From the NCBI GenBank assembly GCA_035289625.1, contig DATDWP010000006.1:14321-78320 (forward strand): 64,000 nucleotides of DNA, given 5' to 3'. The stretch comes from an archaeon (GTDB lineage: Archaea; Iainarchaeota; Iainarchaeia; Iainarchaeales; Iainarchaeaceae). This document shows positions 18,743 to 27,791 of the stretch, piece by piece. Position 1 is the stretch's first letter. Each line of letters begins with the position of its first letter. The notes beneath the pieces are model-generated. The model was not told the origin of the DNA. It saw only the letters and a list, made by a program, of their open reading frames with translations, and did not search any database. The position numbers and the translations under genes are program-made.

Positions 18743-19174
18743 ATGCCCCCCTCAAAAAACAAACCAACGTTTCAGAAGCAGATGTTTCTCAATTTACCCG
18801 TTAAAGACCTCAATAAATCCATTGAATTTTTCACAAAATTAGGTTTTACTTTCAATCCCCAATTTACCGACAAAAATGCCACGTGCATGATTATTGGTGA
18901 AAATATATTTGCAATGCTACTTGTCGAGGGTTTTTTCAAAACATTTATCCAAAAGCCTCTCTCAGATGCAAAAAATAGCACCGAGTGCATTATTGCAATA
19001 TCATTTGTGAGCAAAGTAGCAGTCAATGAAATTGCAGATAAAGCCCTTGCAGCCGGGGCCAAAAGAACGCGCGACCAGGATTATGGCTGGATGTATCAGC
19101 GCGGCTTTGAAGACCTTGACGGGCACTTGTGGGAAGTATTCTTCTACGATGAGAGCGCTGCTCCTAAAAATTGA
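18743..19174 (+). CDS. VOC (glyoxalase/bleomycin-resistance) family protein
   Basis: 143 aa with the paired beta-alpha-beta-beta-beta module pattern of the VOC family. Confidence 0.6.
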   Translation: MPPSKNKPTFQKQMFLNLPVKDLNKSIEFFTKLGFTFNPQFTDKNATCMIIGENIFAMLLVEGFFKTFIQKPLSDAKNSTECIIAISFVSKVAVNEIADKALAAGAKRTRDQDYGWMYQRGFEDLDGHLWEVFFYDESAAPKN

Positions 19175-19187
19175 ATTTGACTAAAAT

Positions 19188-20837
19188 TCACTCGTGAGTA
19201 AAAACCGCAACCGGCCTCTTCCCATCAGTTGATTCGATTATGCAAAACCCTTTCTTTTCCAAATAAAGGTACTCCCCTTTTTTTAGAGGCATTGATTCAA
19301 TTACTCCAAGTTCGCGCCTGCCATCAGGGAGCAAGAGCTCAAGGTCCATCATTTCATAAATCCATGAAACAACGCCTTTTCCGCCAGCATCTTTTCCTGC
19401 AAATTTCCCATCAAGAACAAACCCTTCCTTATTTTGCACGCTCACATTGTATGCATTGCGCAGCCTTATGGGATTTGTTGCTGATTTGATATCGCTGCCA
19501 GAAACCAAAAATTCGTGCATTCCGCGCTGTAGGGTTATATGCTTTCCATCCTTTTCAATTTCAATTTGCTCATGGCTTGGGATCTGGAGTTTTATTGGGT
19601 CTAGCAAATATGTAGCGCGAGTTGCGCTCTCTTTTATTAGTTCGCGGTTGTAGGCTGCAAGTTTTGAAATGGAAACATTCGCATCACTTGTTGTGAGCCC
19701 AGAATCAATTATGATGTGCTGTAAAGCCTCTGGTCGAAAGCCACGCCTTCGCAGTGCGCGCAAGCTTCCAAGGCGCACATCATCCCACCCGCTATACTCG
19801 CCACTCTCAATCCCTGCTTTTATTTTTGAAGTTGAAAGAACCATTTCACCCAAACTCAACCTTCCAAAATGCACTGCATGCGGGTAGATCCAGCCAAAAT
19901 ACTCATAGAGGAATTGCTGTTTTGTTGAATTCTGTGCATGCTCTTGGCCGCGCAGAATAAAAGTGACTCCCATTTCATGGTCATCAATTGCGCTCTCAAA
20001 CATAAAGCTTGGCCACACGTGCTCTTTGCCGCTAGCGCGCGGATGGTCCGGTTTATCAACAATTCTAGCAATCCACCAATCACGAACACTTGGGTCAGGG
20101 TGCTTGAGGTCGGTTTTGATTCTTAGCACGGCTTGCCCTTCTTTTAATTTGTGGGAGAGCATTTTTTCAAAAAGTTCCATTTGCTCTTTTGGTTTTTTCC
20201 CCCGGCACGGACAGGGTTTTTTTGCATCTATTAATTTTTTCCACTTCTCACTTTTGCAAGTGCAAACATATGCTCCGTTCATTTCAATTAATTTTTTCAT
20301 GTAATCATAATAGAGCGAAAGCCTATCTGAGGCAAAATACACTTCGCCAATTTTTATCCCAAACCACTCAAGGTCTTCCCGAAATGCCGATTCAGGATCT
20401 TTCATTGGTTTTTTTACTTTCGGGTCAGTGTCCTCAAATCGCAAAATGAATTTGCCATTATATTTTTGTGCGTACGCATAGCTCAAATAAGCAGCCCTAG
20501 CATTTCCAAGATGTGGTGGGCCATTTGGGTTTGGGGCATAGCGTGTAACCACTTTTTCCCCTTTTTGTGCCCATTCAAGTTCTGGCAGCCCCTCTCTTTG
20601 TGGTTTTGGCTTTAGTTCATATGCAGATTCAAATGATTTGAACTGCTCTTCAATTTGTTCAAATTTCATGGCGTTTACTTTCTTGAGCGCTGCGCTAACT
20701 ATTGGCATTAGTTTTGGGACAGCTACCTCACTGTGCAGCGCTTTTAATTTTCCTATAAGCGACCCAAGATCAGCCTTGCCTTTGTGCTCATACGCGTTTT
20801 TTATTGCGTAGCGGTATGCGTCCTGTTCTAGGTCCAT
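19188..20837 (-). CDS. gltX: glutamyl-tRNA synthetase, archaeal/eukaryotic type
   Basis: VTRYAPNPNGPPHLGNARAAYLSYAYA...ILRFEDTDP is the class I HIGH region of Glu/GlnRS. Confidence 0.85.
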   Translation of the reverse strand: MDLEQDAYRYAIKNAYEHKGKADLGSLIGKLKALHSEVAVPKLMPIVSAALKKVNAMKFEQIEEQFKSFESAYELKPKPQREGLPELEWAQKGEKVVTRYAPNPNGPPHLGNARAAYLSYAYAQKYNGKFILRFEDTDPKVKKPMKDPESAFREDLEWFGIKIGEVYFASDRLSLYYDYMKKLIEMNGAYVCTCKSEKWKKLIDAKKPCPCRGKKPKEQMELFEKMLSHKLKEGQAVLRIKTDLKHPDPSVRDWWIARIVDKPDHPRASGKEHVWPSFMFESAIDDHEMGVTFILRGQEHAQNSTKQQFLYEYFGWIYPHAVHFGRLSLGEMVLSTSKIKAGIESGEYSGWDDVRLGSLRALRRRGFRPEALQHIIIDSGLTTSDANVSISKLAAYNRELIKESATRATYLLDPIKLQIPSHEQIEIEKDGKHITLQRGMHEFLVSGSDIKSATNPIRLRNAYNVSVQNKEGFVLDGKFAGKDAGGKGVVSWIYEMMDLELLLPDGRRELGVIESMPLKKGEYLYLEKKGFCIIESTDGKRPVAVFTHE

Positions 20838-20899
20838 AAAGAAAATAGAATTATGAAAGATTATTAATGCGAATTATTCGGCTAAAAAAAGCAAATAAT

Positions 20900-21055
20900 T
20901 CACTCATTTCTTTTTGCGCCGGAGCTTCCCTTGTGTCCGGCTTTTACCCGCTTTGAGAGTTCGGATTTTTTGCCACTGTTCTCCCAGCGTGCGTGTTTTC
21001 TCTTTGCATTTTTCTCTGAACCAAAAAATCCGTGCAGTATTTTCCCTAAATCCAT
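20900..21055 (-). CDS. candidate small basic protein (51 aa) missed by the ORF track
   Basis: GGAGGGG SD 6 nt upstream of ATG at 21055. It encodes MDLGKILHGFFGSEKNAKRKHARWENSGKKSELSKRVKAGHKGSSGAKRNE, and no family is recognized. Confidence 0.25.
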   Translation of the reverse strand: MDLGKILHGFFGSEKNAKRKHARWENSGKKSELSKRVKAGHKGSSGAKRNE

Positions 21056-21073
21056 TTGTTGCCCCTCCAAAAA

Positions 21074-21832
21074 TCAGATCTTCTTAGCTGAATTCCACGC
21101 GCCCTCAAAATAGTTCAAGAGCACATTTGCCATGTGTTTATTATCCGGCCAAATAGTGAAATGGTACTCTTGCTTGTGGTCGTTAAAATCGCTGAGTGCA
21201 AGAACCACTTTTTTATCATCAATTATAAATGCATTCATCCCGTGTTCAAAATCGCGAACATTTGCCCCTGCTAGGGAAAATTCCTTTGCCACGCGATCCC
21301 CGCCTTCATTTATTTTTGCAATTATTTTCACATCTACATTGCGCTCCGAGGCGCTTTTCACAGAGTCTTTTAGCAAAGAGTGCTCTTTACTAATAGGGCT
21401 TATTCCAATAACAGATTGTTTAGCAGAATCAATTTCTTGCCCTAAAATTTTCATGAAATCGTTTTTGTCTTTTACCTTCATCACTTTCTCGTGTTTGCTG
21501 TCTGATTTTGTCAGCATTACGCTCTCCTTTAGCGCCTGCGCTTCTGCCTCAAGGCCTGCGAGTTCTTTTTTCTTCTCTTCAATTAAAATCGTAAAAACCT
21601 TTTCAGGTTCAATTGCCATATAGCGCTTTGGCCGTCCGTGGATTTCAATTATCAATGACCTTTTTGTGAGCCTATCTAGCACATCATAAACCCTTGTTTT
21701 CGGGACCTGTGCTGCGCGTGAAATTTCAGGGGCCTGGGCTTCTTTTAATTCAAAAAGGGATGAGAGCGTTTTTGCCTCGTACTCTGTTAGGCCTAGCTTT
21801 TCTAAAAACAAGTTCACTTCATATTCCGGCAT
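21074..21832 (-). CDS. TrmB-family transcriptional regulator
   Basis: N-terminal wHTH (LGLTEYEAKTLSSLFEL...PKTRVYDVLDRLTKRSLI) plus a TrmB C-terminal domain. Confidence 0.7.
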   Translation of the reverse strand: MPEYEVNLFLEKLGLTEYEAKTLSSLFELKEAQAPEISRAAQVPKTRVYDVLDRLTKRSLIIEIHGRPKRYMAIEPEKVFTILIEEKKKELAGLEAEAQALKESVMLTKSDSKHEKVMKVKDKNDFMKILGQEIDSAKQSVIGISPISKEHSLLKDSVKSASERNVDVKIIAKINEGGDRVAKEFSLAGANVRDFEHGMNAFIIDDKKVVLALSDFNDHKQEYHFTIWPDNKHMANVLLNYFEGAWNSAKKI

Positions 21833-22032
21833 TAAACCACGTCGTATTAATTATTACTCTGCAAACTATATATATTTACTGGTTACAGTTATCCGATTAG
21901 TCTGTTATGTCTAAATAGGGTAATATCGAACGCTTATGGGGTATAAAATGCGATATTTTGATAGGATAGGGCATTTTAAATGATTTAAATGGGTTTATTT
22001 GCGTTTTAAAAGTGACTAGGTGGCTATTTTTG

Positions 22033-22908
22033 CTATTTGCGATCCCCAAAGCTTCTTTGCCTTCCAAAACCTGAGGAGGACCCTGTTCCTGAACTCCCAG
22101 CTCCGCCGGTTCTAGGGCCACCAAACCCTCTTCCAAATGGCTTCTGGCCGGGCCTTCGCAGGGGGGTTTTGAACCTTCTGTTCTTGCCCTCCGGCTTTTC
22201 AAACCTCTTCTCCTCTTCTTCGCCTTCCTTCATCTTGTATTCAAAATCATCCACTGTTTTTGAAAGTGGTTCTAAACCTTTTTCCTTGAGAATTTCTCTT
22301 GCCAAAATCCAATATGCAAGCGCTATGCTCTTTCTTCCCTTATTATTTATGGGTATTGAAATGTCAATGTTTTTGAGGCTGTTATTTGTTGAGGCAAGGG
22401 CAATTACTGGTACCCTTATTACGCTAGCTTCCTCAATTGCCTGCACATCATATTCAGGATCGGTAACTACAACAACTTGCGGTTCAACAAAACGTGTACA
22501 CTGCGGGTTTGTAAAAGTCCCTGGGATAAATCTTCCGCAAAGCGCAATTCCTCCTAGCGCTTTTGCAAATTCTTTTGCAGGGGTCTGGCCATAACTCTTT
22601 CTCGAAATAACCGCTACTTTTTCACCGGAAAATTTTGACAAAAATTTTGCTGCGGCTTTGAGTCGCCCATCAATTGTTTGGACATCCAAAACATTCAGGC
22701 CGTCCTTTCTGACCTTGTAAATATATTTCCTCATATCCCCGGATTTGAACTTTGTTCCGATGTGCGAACCTGTGTTTAGGTATTTTTCTGTTTCAACAAG
22801 AACCGTTGGCTTTAATTCATCTGCCTCAGTTGCGTGGGCAGCTACAACCGGCTGCTTTGCTAACTGGACATCCTGCACTTTTTCTTCTGCCTTTTTAGCT
22901 TGCTTCAT
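22033..22908 (-). CDS. rps2: ribosomal protein S2 (uS2) with Gly/Arg-rich C-terminal tail
   Basis: [18 protein letters not shown]...VVVVTDP core, with a C-terminal [31 protein letters not shown] tail. Confidence 0.85.
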   Translation of the reverse strand: MKQAKKAEEKVQDVQLAKQPVVAAHATEADELKPTVLVETEKYLNTGSHIGTKFKSGDMRKYIYKVRKDGLNVLDVQTIDGRLKAAAKFLSKFSGEKVAVISRKSYGQTPAKEFAKALGGIALCGRFIPGTFTNPQCTRFVEPQVVVVTDPEYDVQAIEEASVIRVPVIALASTNNSLKNIDISIPINNKGRKSIALAYWILAREILKEKGLEPLSKTVDDFEYKMKEGEEEEKRFEKPEGKNRRFKTPLRRPGQKPFGRGFGGPRTGGAGSSGTGSSSGFGRQRSFGDRK

Positions 22909-23105
22909 TTAATCCCCTTATATTTGGCAATCTCTTCAATGAAATCAACATGTGAGAAGACCATCCTTCTGCAGCAATACCTCTTAATCTCAAGATCATC
23001 CAGTACTTTTTGCGCATCCTCTCCTTTTTCCACGCGCTCCTTATATTTCTCGTAACTCTGTCCAATCACTTTTCCGCAGCTAAAACATCGAACCGGCACT
23101 ATCAT
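22905..23105 (-). CDS. rpoN: RNA polymerase subunit N (Rpb10)
   Basis: [15 protein letters not shown]...YCCRRM zinc bundle, 66 aa. Confidence 0.8.
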   Translation of the reverse strand: MIVPVRCFSCGKVIGQSYEKYKERVEKGEDAQKVLDDLEIKRYCCRRMVFSHVDFIEEIAKYKGIK

Positions 23106-23120
23106 TTTTTCATCTCCTTC

Positions 23121-23174
23121 TCAACAGTTTCGTCTGGTTGGGTACGACGGTTATTCCCATTAAATGGGAATAAG
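23121..23174 (-). promoter_or_regulatory. family-2 leader motif plus perfect 10-bp hairpin upstream of rpoN
   Basis: mRNA-sense UUAUUCCCAU-UUA-AUGGGAAUAA, then CCGUCGUACCCAACCAGACGAAACUGUUGAGAAGGAGAUGAAAAAAUG. Confidence 0.5.
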
Positions 23175-23213
23175 CCACTAGCCCAAAATCGCAAAACTAC
23201 AATTATATTTTTT

Positions 23214-23636
23214 TCATCTCCTGCTAAGCTGCCTCTTCTTCCTTGCTTTTCTTCCAAGAGGCTTTTTAGGTTCTACTCTTCTTGCATCATCAACAAGCAT
23301 CATCCTGTCATATATCAGCATTCTTTTCTTGAGCTTCTCATCAGGCCTATACTCCAAAATGGATTTTGCAATAGCGGATCTTGATGCAACCATCTGGCCC
23401 ATAAACCCGCCGCCCCTAACCGAGACATCAATATCAATTTCATCGGCAGATGGCCCCGCCATTTGAATTGGTTCTCTTATATAATCAAGAACATAAGTTG
23501 GGCTAATTGTTAAAATATTCCTTTTATTTATGCGAACAATCCCTTTTCCTGCTCTTGCAACAGCGCGCGCAACAGCTTCTTTCTTTTTTGCCTTGGAAGT
23601 AATTCCCTTTCTCTTCTTCTTTTTCACTTCTGCCAT
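23214..23636 (-). CDS. rps9: ribosomal protein S9 (uS9)
   Basis: GGGFMGQMVASRSAIAKSI and a basic C-terminus. Confidence 0.85.
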   Translation of the reverse strand: MAEVKKKKRKGITSKAKKKEAVARAVARAGKGIVRINKRNILTISPTYVLDYIREPIQMAGPSADEIDIDVSVRGGGFMGQMVASRSAIAKSILEYRPDEKLKKRMLIYDRMMLVDDARRVEPKKPLGRKARKKRQLSRR

Positions 23637-23639
23637 TTT

Positions 23640-24062
23640 TTACCACTTTGCTCCGAGATTTTTTGCTATCTGCTCAATTGTCAAATACATTTTTCCGGAA
23701 GCGATCTGTGCTTCTTCAATTTTTTGCACCTTCTCAGTTGCAAATTGCTCCGGAGTCCCGATATATACCCTCAAATTTTTGAAGGCTGTTTTTCCGCTAG
23801 GTGTTTTCCAAGGAAGCATTCCCCTTATTGCAAACTTTACAATTTTATCAGGCATTCTAGAATACTTTGGGCCTTTGTGTGGATTTCCTTTAGGGCTTAT
23901 TTCCAATCTTGTTTTGAATTTGCCCATAATTCCGCTCTCTTTTCCTGTAATAACTATTTTTTCAGCATTGAGTATGTGTATCACTTCTCGCTTGCGCAGC
24001 CTTTTTGCAACATTTGTGCTAAGCCTTCCCAATATTGCCCCTGTTCCATCAATTACTGTCAT
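23640..24062 (-). CDS. rpl13: ribosomal protein L13 (uL13)
   Basis: VIDGTGAILGRLSTNVAKRL...NAEKIVITG matches L13. Confidence 0.85.
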   Translation of the reverse strand: MTVIDGTGAILGRLSTNVAKRLRKREVIHILNAEKIVITGKESGIMGKFKTRLEISPKGNPHKGPKYSRMPDKIVKFAIRGMLPWKTPSGKTAFKNLRVYIGTPEQFATEKVQKIEEAQIASGKMYLTIEQIAKNLGAKW

Positions 24063-24424
24063 TGTACTATCACCAATCTGTTAGCATCCGGGTTTTTTTC
24101 AATAAGTTCTTTGAGGCTAATTACGCTTCCGCCGGCATTTTCAATTTTTTCCTTTGCTTTTTTTGAACATGAGAGGCATGCTATTTCCACTTTTGAATTT
24201 ATTTCCCCTTTTGAGAGCAATTTTCCCGCAAGCACAAATATCCTTTCCTTTTTATTTTTCGCGATTCTTTCGAGCGTGTACACATTCATTTCTGCCCTGC
24301 TTCTTGAAGCGGCATTAAGTTTATCCGAGAGAACTTTCCACACTCTCTTTTTGGCTTTCTTTGCCTGCTTGTCAAGATCAACTATCAGATCTCTTGTGCT
24401 CTTTTTTGTAGGTCCTGATCTCAT
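24059..24424 (-). CDS. rpl18e: ribosomal protein L18e (eL18)
   Basis: RSGPTKKSTRDLIVDLDKQAKK...FVLAGKLLSKGE matches L18e. Confidence 0.8.
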   Translation of the reverse strand: MRSGPTKKSTRDLIVDLDKQAKKAKKRVWKVLSDKLNAASRSRAEMNVYTLERIAKNKKERIFVLAGKLLSKGEINSKVEIACLSCSKKAKEKIENAGGSVISLKELIEKNPDANRLVIVQ

Positions 24425-24502
24425 AATTTCACATTCAATTTTTTTCTCTTTTTTTGATCAACTTTTTACTTTCCCTTTTTAAGAGAAAGAAAAATGTTGT
24501 AA

Positions 24503-24721
24503 TGCAGGAGGGCGGATTCGAACCGCCGAAGGCACTAAGCCACAGGATCGCTTCAACCCGACTTTTTTCTTTTCTTGGAAAGAAAAGAAAAAACTCGACT
24601 AAAAAGAAAAGAACCAAAATGCCGATTCTTTTTCTTTTCCGCCAAGGCTTTTCTTTTTCTTACAAAGAAAAAGAAAAGGGTTGCTTAAGTCCTGCCCCGT
24701 TGGCCGCTTGGGTACCCCTGC
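24503..24721 (-). tRNA. tRNA-Leu (anticodon UAA) with an intron of about 135 nt at canonical position 37/38; no encoded CCA
   Basis: The minus strand gives acceptor 5' GCAGGGG, D-arm CCCAAGCGGCCAACGGG, anticodon stem CAGGA, loop CUUAAG | intron | A, then UCCUG, a long variable arm UGGCUUAGUGCCUUC, T-arm GGCGG-UUCGAAU-CCGCC, acceptor 3' CUCCUGC and discriminator A. The intron (24549..24683) is flanked by a BHB-like arrangement: bulge CG|A next to the anticodon stem, a central CUU/AAG helix, and CAACCC/GGGUUG outer intron helix. Confidence 0.7.
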
Positions 24722-24743
24722 GGCAAAATGCCTATTGCTGCAA

Positions 24744-25442
24744 TCAACTTAAATTCTTTAGTTCCCTCCTAAAATCCTCACACTTTGCCTTAAGGGTCTC
24801 AATTGCCGCTGCAAAGAGTTCCTTTGGGGTCAAGTTTCCGTGGCTCTCTATTGTGAAAATGAAAGTTGTAGGGTCGTATTCTATTGCCTGGCCCTCTTTT
24901 AGTATAATGTCCCTTTGCTTTTCATCAAGAAGCATTTCCAAAATATCTGCCTTGTAAGTTTTGTCCTTTGTGCCCTTGTCATTTACTATTGTCGGAAGTT
25001 CTTGGTATGATGCTATTGCCGCTTGCCATTTTGAGTGCATTTTACCGCTTCCTATTGCCGCGTCCATTTCAAGCCTAAGCCTGTGCCCTTCTGCTAGTTT
25101 TGTTATAGGGACATTCAGGTCAGCCGGTTCGATTTTCGGGTCGGTGCTCTTTATGTCCTTACTATACACTGTGCATGGGCCTTCTTTTTCCAAAACAAGT
25201 TTGACCTTTTCCCCTTCCTTATAACTTTTCGCATCCATGCGAAGAGGTATTAGTGAGAGCCTCTGGCAGAGCATTTCATCATGCATTGCCCCGTTGTTTT
25301 CGTAAATGTGCACATCGTCAATGCTAAGGATCGGTATCCCTGACATTATTTGCCTTCGAAGGGCATTTACAAATGCAGTATTTGTGCCCTTTATCAGAAC
25401 CTTTGCGATGTTCTCTTTTTCCAAAAGTACCTTAACGTCCAT
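24744..25442 (-). CDS. rpoD: RNA polymerase subunit D (Rpb3 homolog)
   Basis: MDVKVLLEKENIAKVLIKGTNTAFVNALRRQIMSGIP matches subunit D. The ATG at 25442 is preferred over the longer ORF call. Confidence 0.85.
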   Translation of the reverse strand: MDVKVLLEKENIAKVLIKGTNTAFVNALRRQIMSGIPILSIDDVHIYENNGAMHDEMLCQRLSLIPLRMDAKSYKEGEKVKLVLEKEGPCTVYSKDIKSTDPKIEPADLNVPITKLAEGHRLRLEMDAAIGSGKMHSKWQAAIASYQELPTIVNDKGTKDKTYKADILEMLLDEKQRDIILKEGQAIEYDPTTFIFTIESHGNLTPKELFAAAIETLKAKCEDFRRELKNLS

Positions 25443-25446
25443 GGTT

Positions 25447-25830
25447 TCACTCCTTCTTGCTCCTGTGTCTTTTCTTTCTTCTGCACCCGTCATGAGGGAT
25501 GGGGGTCACATTTTCAATGTGCTTTATACGAATATTATTTCTTGTAAGTGAGAGTATTGCAGCTTCAGCCCCTTGCCCCGGGGATTTTGGTTTTATCCCT
25601 CCCTGGCCGCGCACTTTTACAATTACTTCAACAATTCCTTTCTCTTTTGCTTTCTCTGCAACAATTTCTGCAACTTTCATTGCAGCATATGGAGAGCCTT
25701 CCTTGTGCTGGGCCTTTACAACCATCCCTCCGCTGCACTTTGCAATTGTTTCCGCCCCGGTAATATCTGTTAGCAAAATTATTGTGTTATTGTGCGAAGC
25801 GTAAATATGGATGATTCCTGTTTTGGACAT
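25447..25830 (-). CDS. rps11: ribosomal protein S11 (uS11)
   Basis: [20 protein letters not shown]...[20 protein letters not shown] matches S11. Confidence 0.85.
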   Translation of the reverse strand: MSKTGIIHIYASHNNTIILLTDITGAETIAKCSGGMVVKAQHKEGSPYAAMKVAEIVAEKAKEKGIVEVIVKVRGQGGIKPKSPGQGAEAAILSLTRNNIRIKHIENVTPIPHDGCRRKKRHRSKKE

Positions 25831-26448
25831 TCACTTCTCCCCCTTTTCAACTTGCGGCTGTGCAATTTTTTCTTCAATTTGTGGTTCTGCTTTTTGCCCC
25901 TCAACTATCTCCCCGCTTGATTCTTCAAATTCTTTTTTGAGGTCCCTTTTTGGGGCAGTGGATTCAATTTTCATAGGCTTTCTATACCAACCGATCTGGG
26001 AAGCTTCGCTAACAGGAACAACATAACTGGGTGTTGAAACCCTTTTACCGGCAATTGCAATATGGCCGTGCACAACAAATTGCCTTGCCTGCTTTGTAGT
26101 GTTTGCAAAACCTTTTCTTAGTACAAGTGTTTGCAGCCTCTTTTCCAAAAATTCCTCGATTTTTAACCCAAGCACATCATCAAGAGTTGCGGTTGCGCTA
26201 ATAAGACCGATCCTTCTAAGCCCGCTCATTAGTTCAGATTGTCTTTGCATTCTTTTTTCAAGACTTAGAGCAAGAAGCCCTTTTGCATTCTGCTTTTTGT
26301 ACTTTAACCAAGTTTCGATTTTTCTAAGCTCCCTTTTATTTTTAAGTCCGTAAAAATCAACAACCTTGCGCTCTTTTTCAAGCAAGGCCTTGTCCCAGTG
26401 CTTTCGTGGGATCTCATATTGCTTTCTTTTTTTTCGCGGCTCTCCCAT
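25831..26448 (-). CDS. rps4: ribosomal protein S4 (uS4)
   Basis: S4 N-terminal and S4 RNA-binding domains (QARQFVVHGHIAIAGKRV). Confidence 0.85.
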   Translation of the reverse strand: MGEPRKKRKQYEIPRKHWDKALLEKERKVVDFYGLKNKRELRKIETWLKYKKQNAKGLLALSLEKRMQRQSELMSGLRRIGLISATATLDDVLGLKIEEFLEKRLQTLVLRKGFANTTKQARQFVVHGHIAIAGKRVSTPSYVVPVSEASQIGWYRKPMKIESTAPKRDLKKEFEESSGEIVEGQKAEPQIEEKIAQPQVEKGEK

Positions 26449-26457
26449 CTAGTTCAC

Positions 26458-27075
26458 CTATTTTTTCTTCTCCTCTTTTTTTGCAGGAGTTGTTGCTTTT
26501 GCCCCTGCTGTTGCCTTTGCCGGAGCTGCCTGCGCTGTTGCATCCTTTCTTACAACCCCAACAACACCGCCCTTTTTGTGGTGTGTTGACCTTGTGCTCT
26601 GGCCCCTAACCGGAAGTCCCCATGCGTGGCGCAATCCTTTATAGGATTTTGTTTCAGTCATACGTTGCACATCGCTTCGCAGCGTCAGGTCAAGATCAGA
26701 CATTACAAGATGTGAATTTAACCCTGTGTAAAAATCCTTCCTTCTATTTAATGACCAAACCGGTACTCCGAATTTTTCAGGGTTGTATACGACCTCTTCG
26801 AGTTTTTTACTATCCTCTTCGCTGATTTTGCCGATTTTTTGTGAACTTGGAATATTTGATGAGAGTTCAAATGCAACTGCAATGTTTTTTGCCATGCGAA
26901 CCCCGATCCCTTTTATTTTTGTAAGCGCCCTGCTAATTGGCTTTCTGCCATCAACATCAATTCCTGCAATACGGACAATCAACCGAAGGTCCTTATCTTC
27001 CGGGGATAGCTCCACTACCTTTTCCGGCATGTGCCTTGGGTTTCCCCTGTGCTGCGGCTTTTCTTTTTTATCCAT
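26458..27075 (-). CDS. rps13: ribosomal protein S13 (uS13) with Lys/Ala-rich C-terminal tail
   Basis: RIAGIDVDGRKPISRALTKIKGIGVRMA matches S13. Confidence 0.85.
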   Translation of the reverse strand: MDKKEKPQHRGNPRHMPEKVVELSPEDKDLRLIVRIAGIDVDGRKPISRALTKIKGIGVRMAKNIAVAFELSSNIPSSQKIGKISEEDSKKLEEVVYNPEKFGVPVWSLNRRKDFYTGLNSHLVMSDLDLTLRSDVQRMTETKSYKGLRHAWGLPVRGQSTRSTHHKKGGVVGVVRKDATAQAAPAKATAGAKATTPAKKEEKKK

Positions 27076-27083
27076 TCAGTTCA

Positions 27084-27115
27084 CTCAACCCTTTCGCCGG
27101 TTGGGAGCGATGCAC
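27084..27115 (-). promoter_or_regulatory. family-2 leader motif upstream of S13
   Basis: mRNA-sense GUGCAUCGCUCCCAACCGGCGAAAGGGUUGAG, with hairpin CAACC-ggcgaaag-GGUUG, about 10 nt before the S13 ATG region. Confidence 0.45.
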
Positions 27116-27159
27116 TGCACTTTGTACAGGGCCTCTCTCGCCTTCTGGCTCGCAATTAT

Positions 27160-27423
27160 TTAATTTTTCTTGTCCTCCTTATTTTTCTTCTTCTCTGTAT
27201 GTTTTGCCGCATGCGCTTTTGCATGGTGGCCTTTATGCGCTTTTGCCTCTGCTGCATTTTCCCCGATAGGGATTAGGTGGGCAATATTGCACCTTCGCTT
27301 TCTAACCCTTTGCCCTTCAATAATTACAAAATTATCATCTTTTATTTCTACAACGCTAACTCTCTCTCCTGCTTCTCTTCCTGTAGTTTTAATGCAAACT
27401 GAGCCAACATCAAGAGATCTCAT
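27160..27423 (-). CDS. rpl14e: ribosomal protein L14e (eL14)
   Basis: VVEIKDDNFVIIEGQRVRKRRCNIAHLIP, a KOW-like L14e with a His/Lys-rich tail. Confidence 0.75.
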   Translation of the reverse strand: MRSLDVGSVCIKTTGREAGERVSVVEIKDDNFVIIEGQRVRKRRCNIAHLIPIGENAAEAKAHKGHHAKAHAAKHTEKKKNKEDKKN

Positions 27424-27791
27424 TGAATCGCCCCTGCAGTTTCATTCTTTTTTTGAGCTTCTATTTTGCTATCTTTTTTTGGCGAGAGGAATTTTCTATA
27501 CTGTACAGGCACATGGATATCGCTTCCGGCCTGTGTGAGAGCTTCGTATTCCCAGAGGGTTTTTCTAGCAATAGCAGATAGCACTCCTCCAAATTTTACG
27601 CTTGGCCTTCTTGCGCTCTTTGATTGCTTTCTTATAGTGCTCCTATTTTGTAGTCCTGTTCCTTGCAATTTTTTTGAAGTGATTGCGCAGTGCGCGCTTG
27701 AAGGGTCCCCCCTAAAATAATGTGTGTGGGTGGTTCCGCCAGGAGTTCTTCTGAACTTTTTATTTTTTACACGAGTTTGCCTATCAACCAT
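27420..27791 (-). CDS. rpl34e: ribosomal protein L34e (eL34)
   Basis: RVKNKKFRRTPGGTTHTHY N-terminus. The zinc-finger cysteines seem partly lost (HCAITSKKLQG). Confidence 0.7.
   Translation of the reverse strand: MVDRQTRVKNKKFRRTPGGTTHTHYFRGDPSSAHCAITSKKLQGTGLQNRSTIRKQSKSARRPSVKFGGVLSAIARKTLWEYEALTQAGSDIHVPVQYRKFLSPKKDSKIEAQKKNETAGAIQ

Noticed and set aside
24541-24700. Poly-purine/pyrimidine direct and inverted repeats (CTTTTCTTTT / AGAAAAGAAA) examined as a possible CRISPR or microsatellite
   Set aside because: They have no regular repeat-spacer periodicity. They lie exactly between the two exon halves of tRNA-Leu and are explained as intron hairpins.
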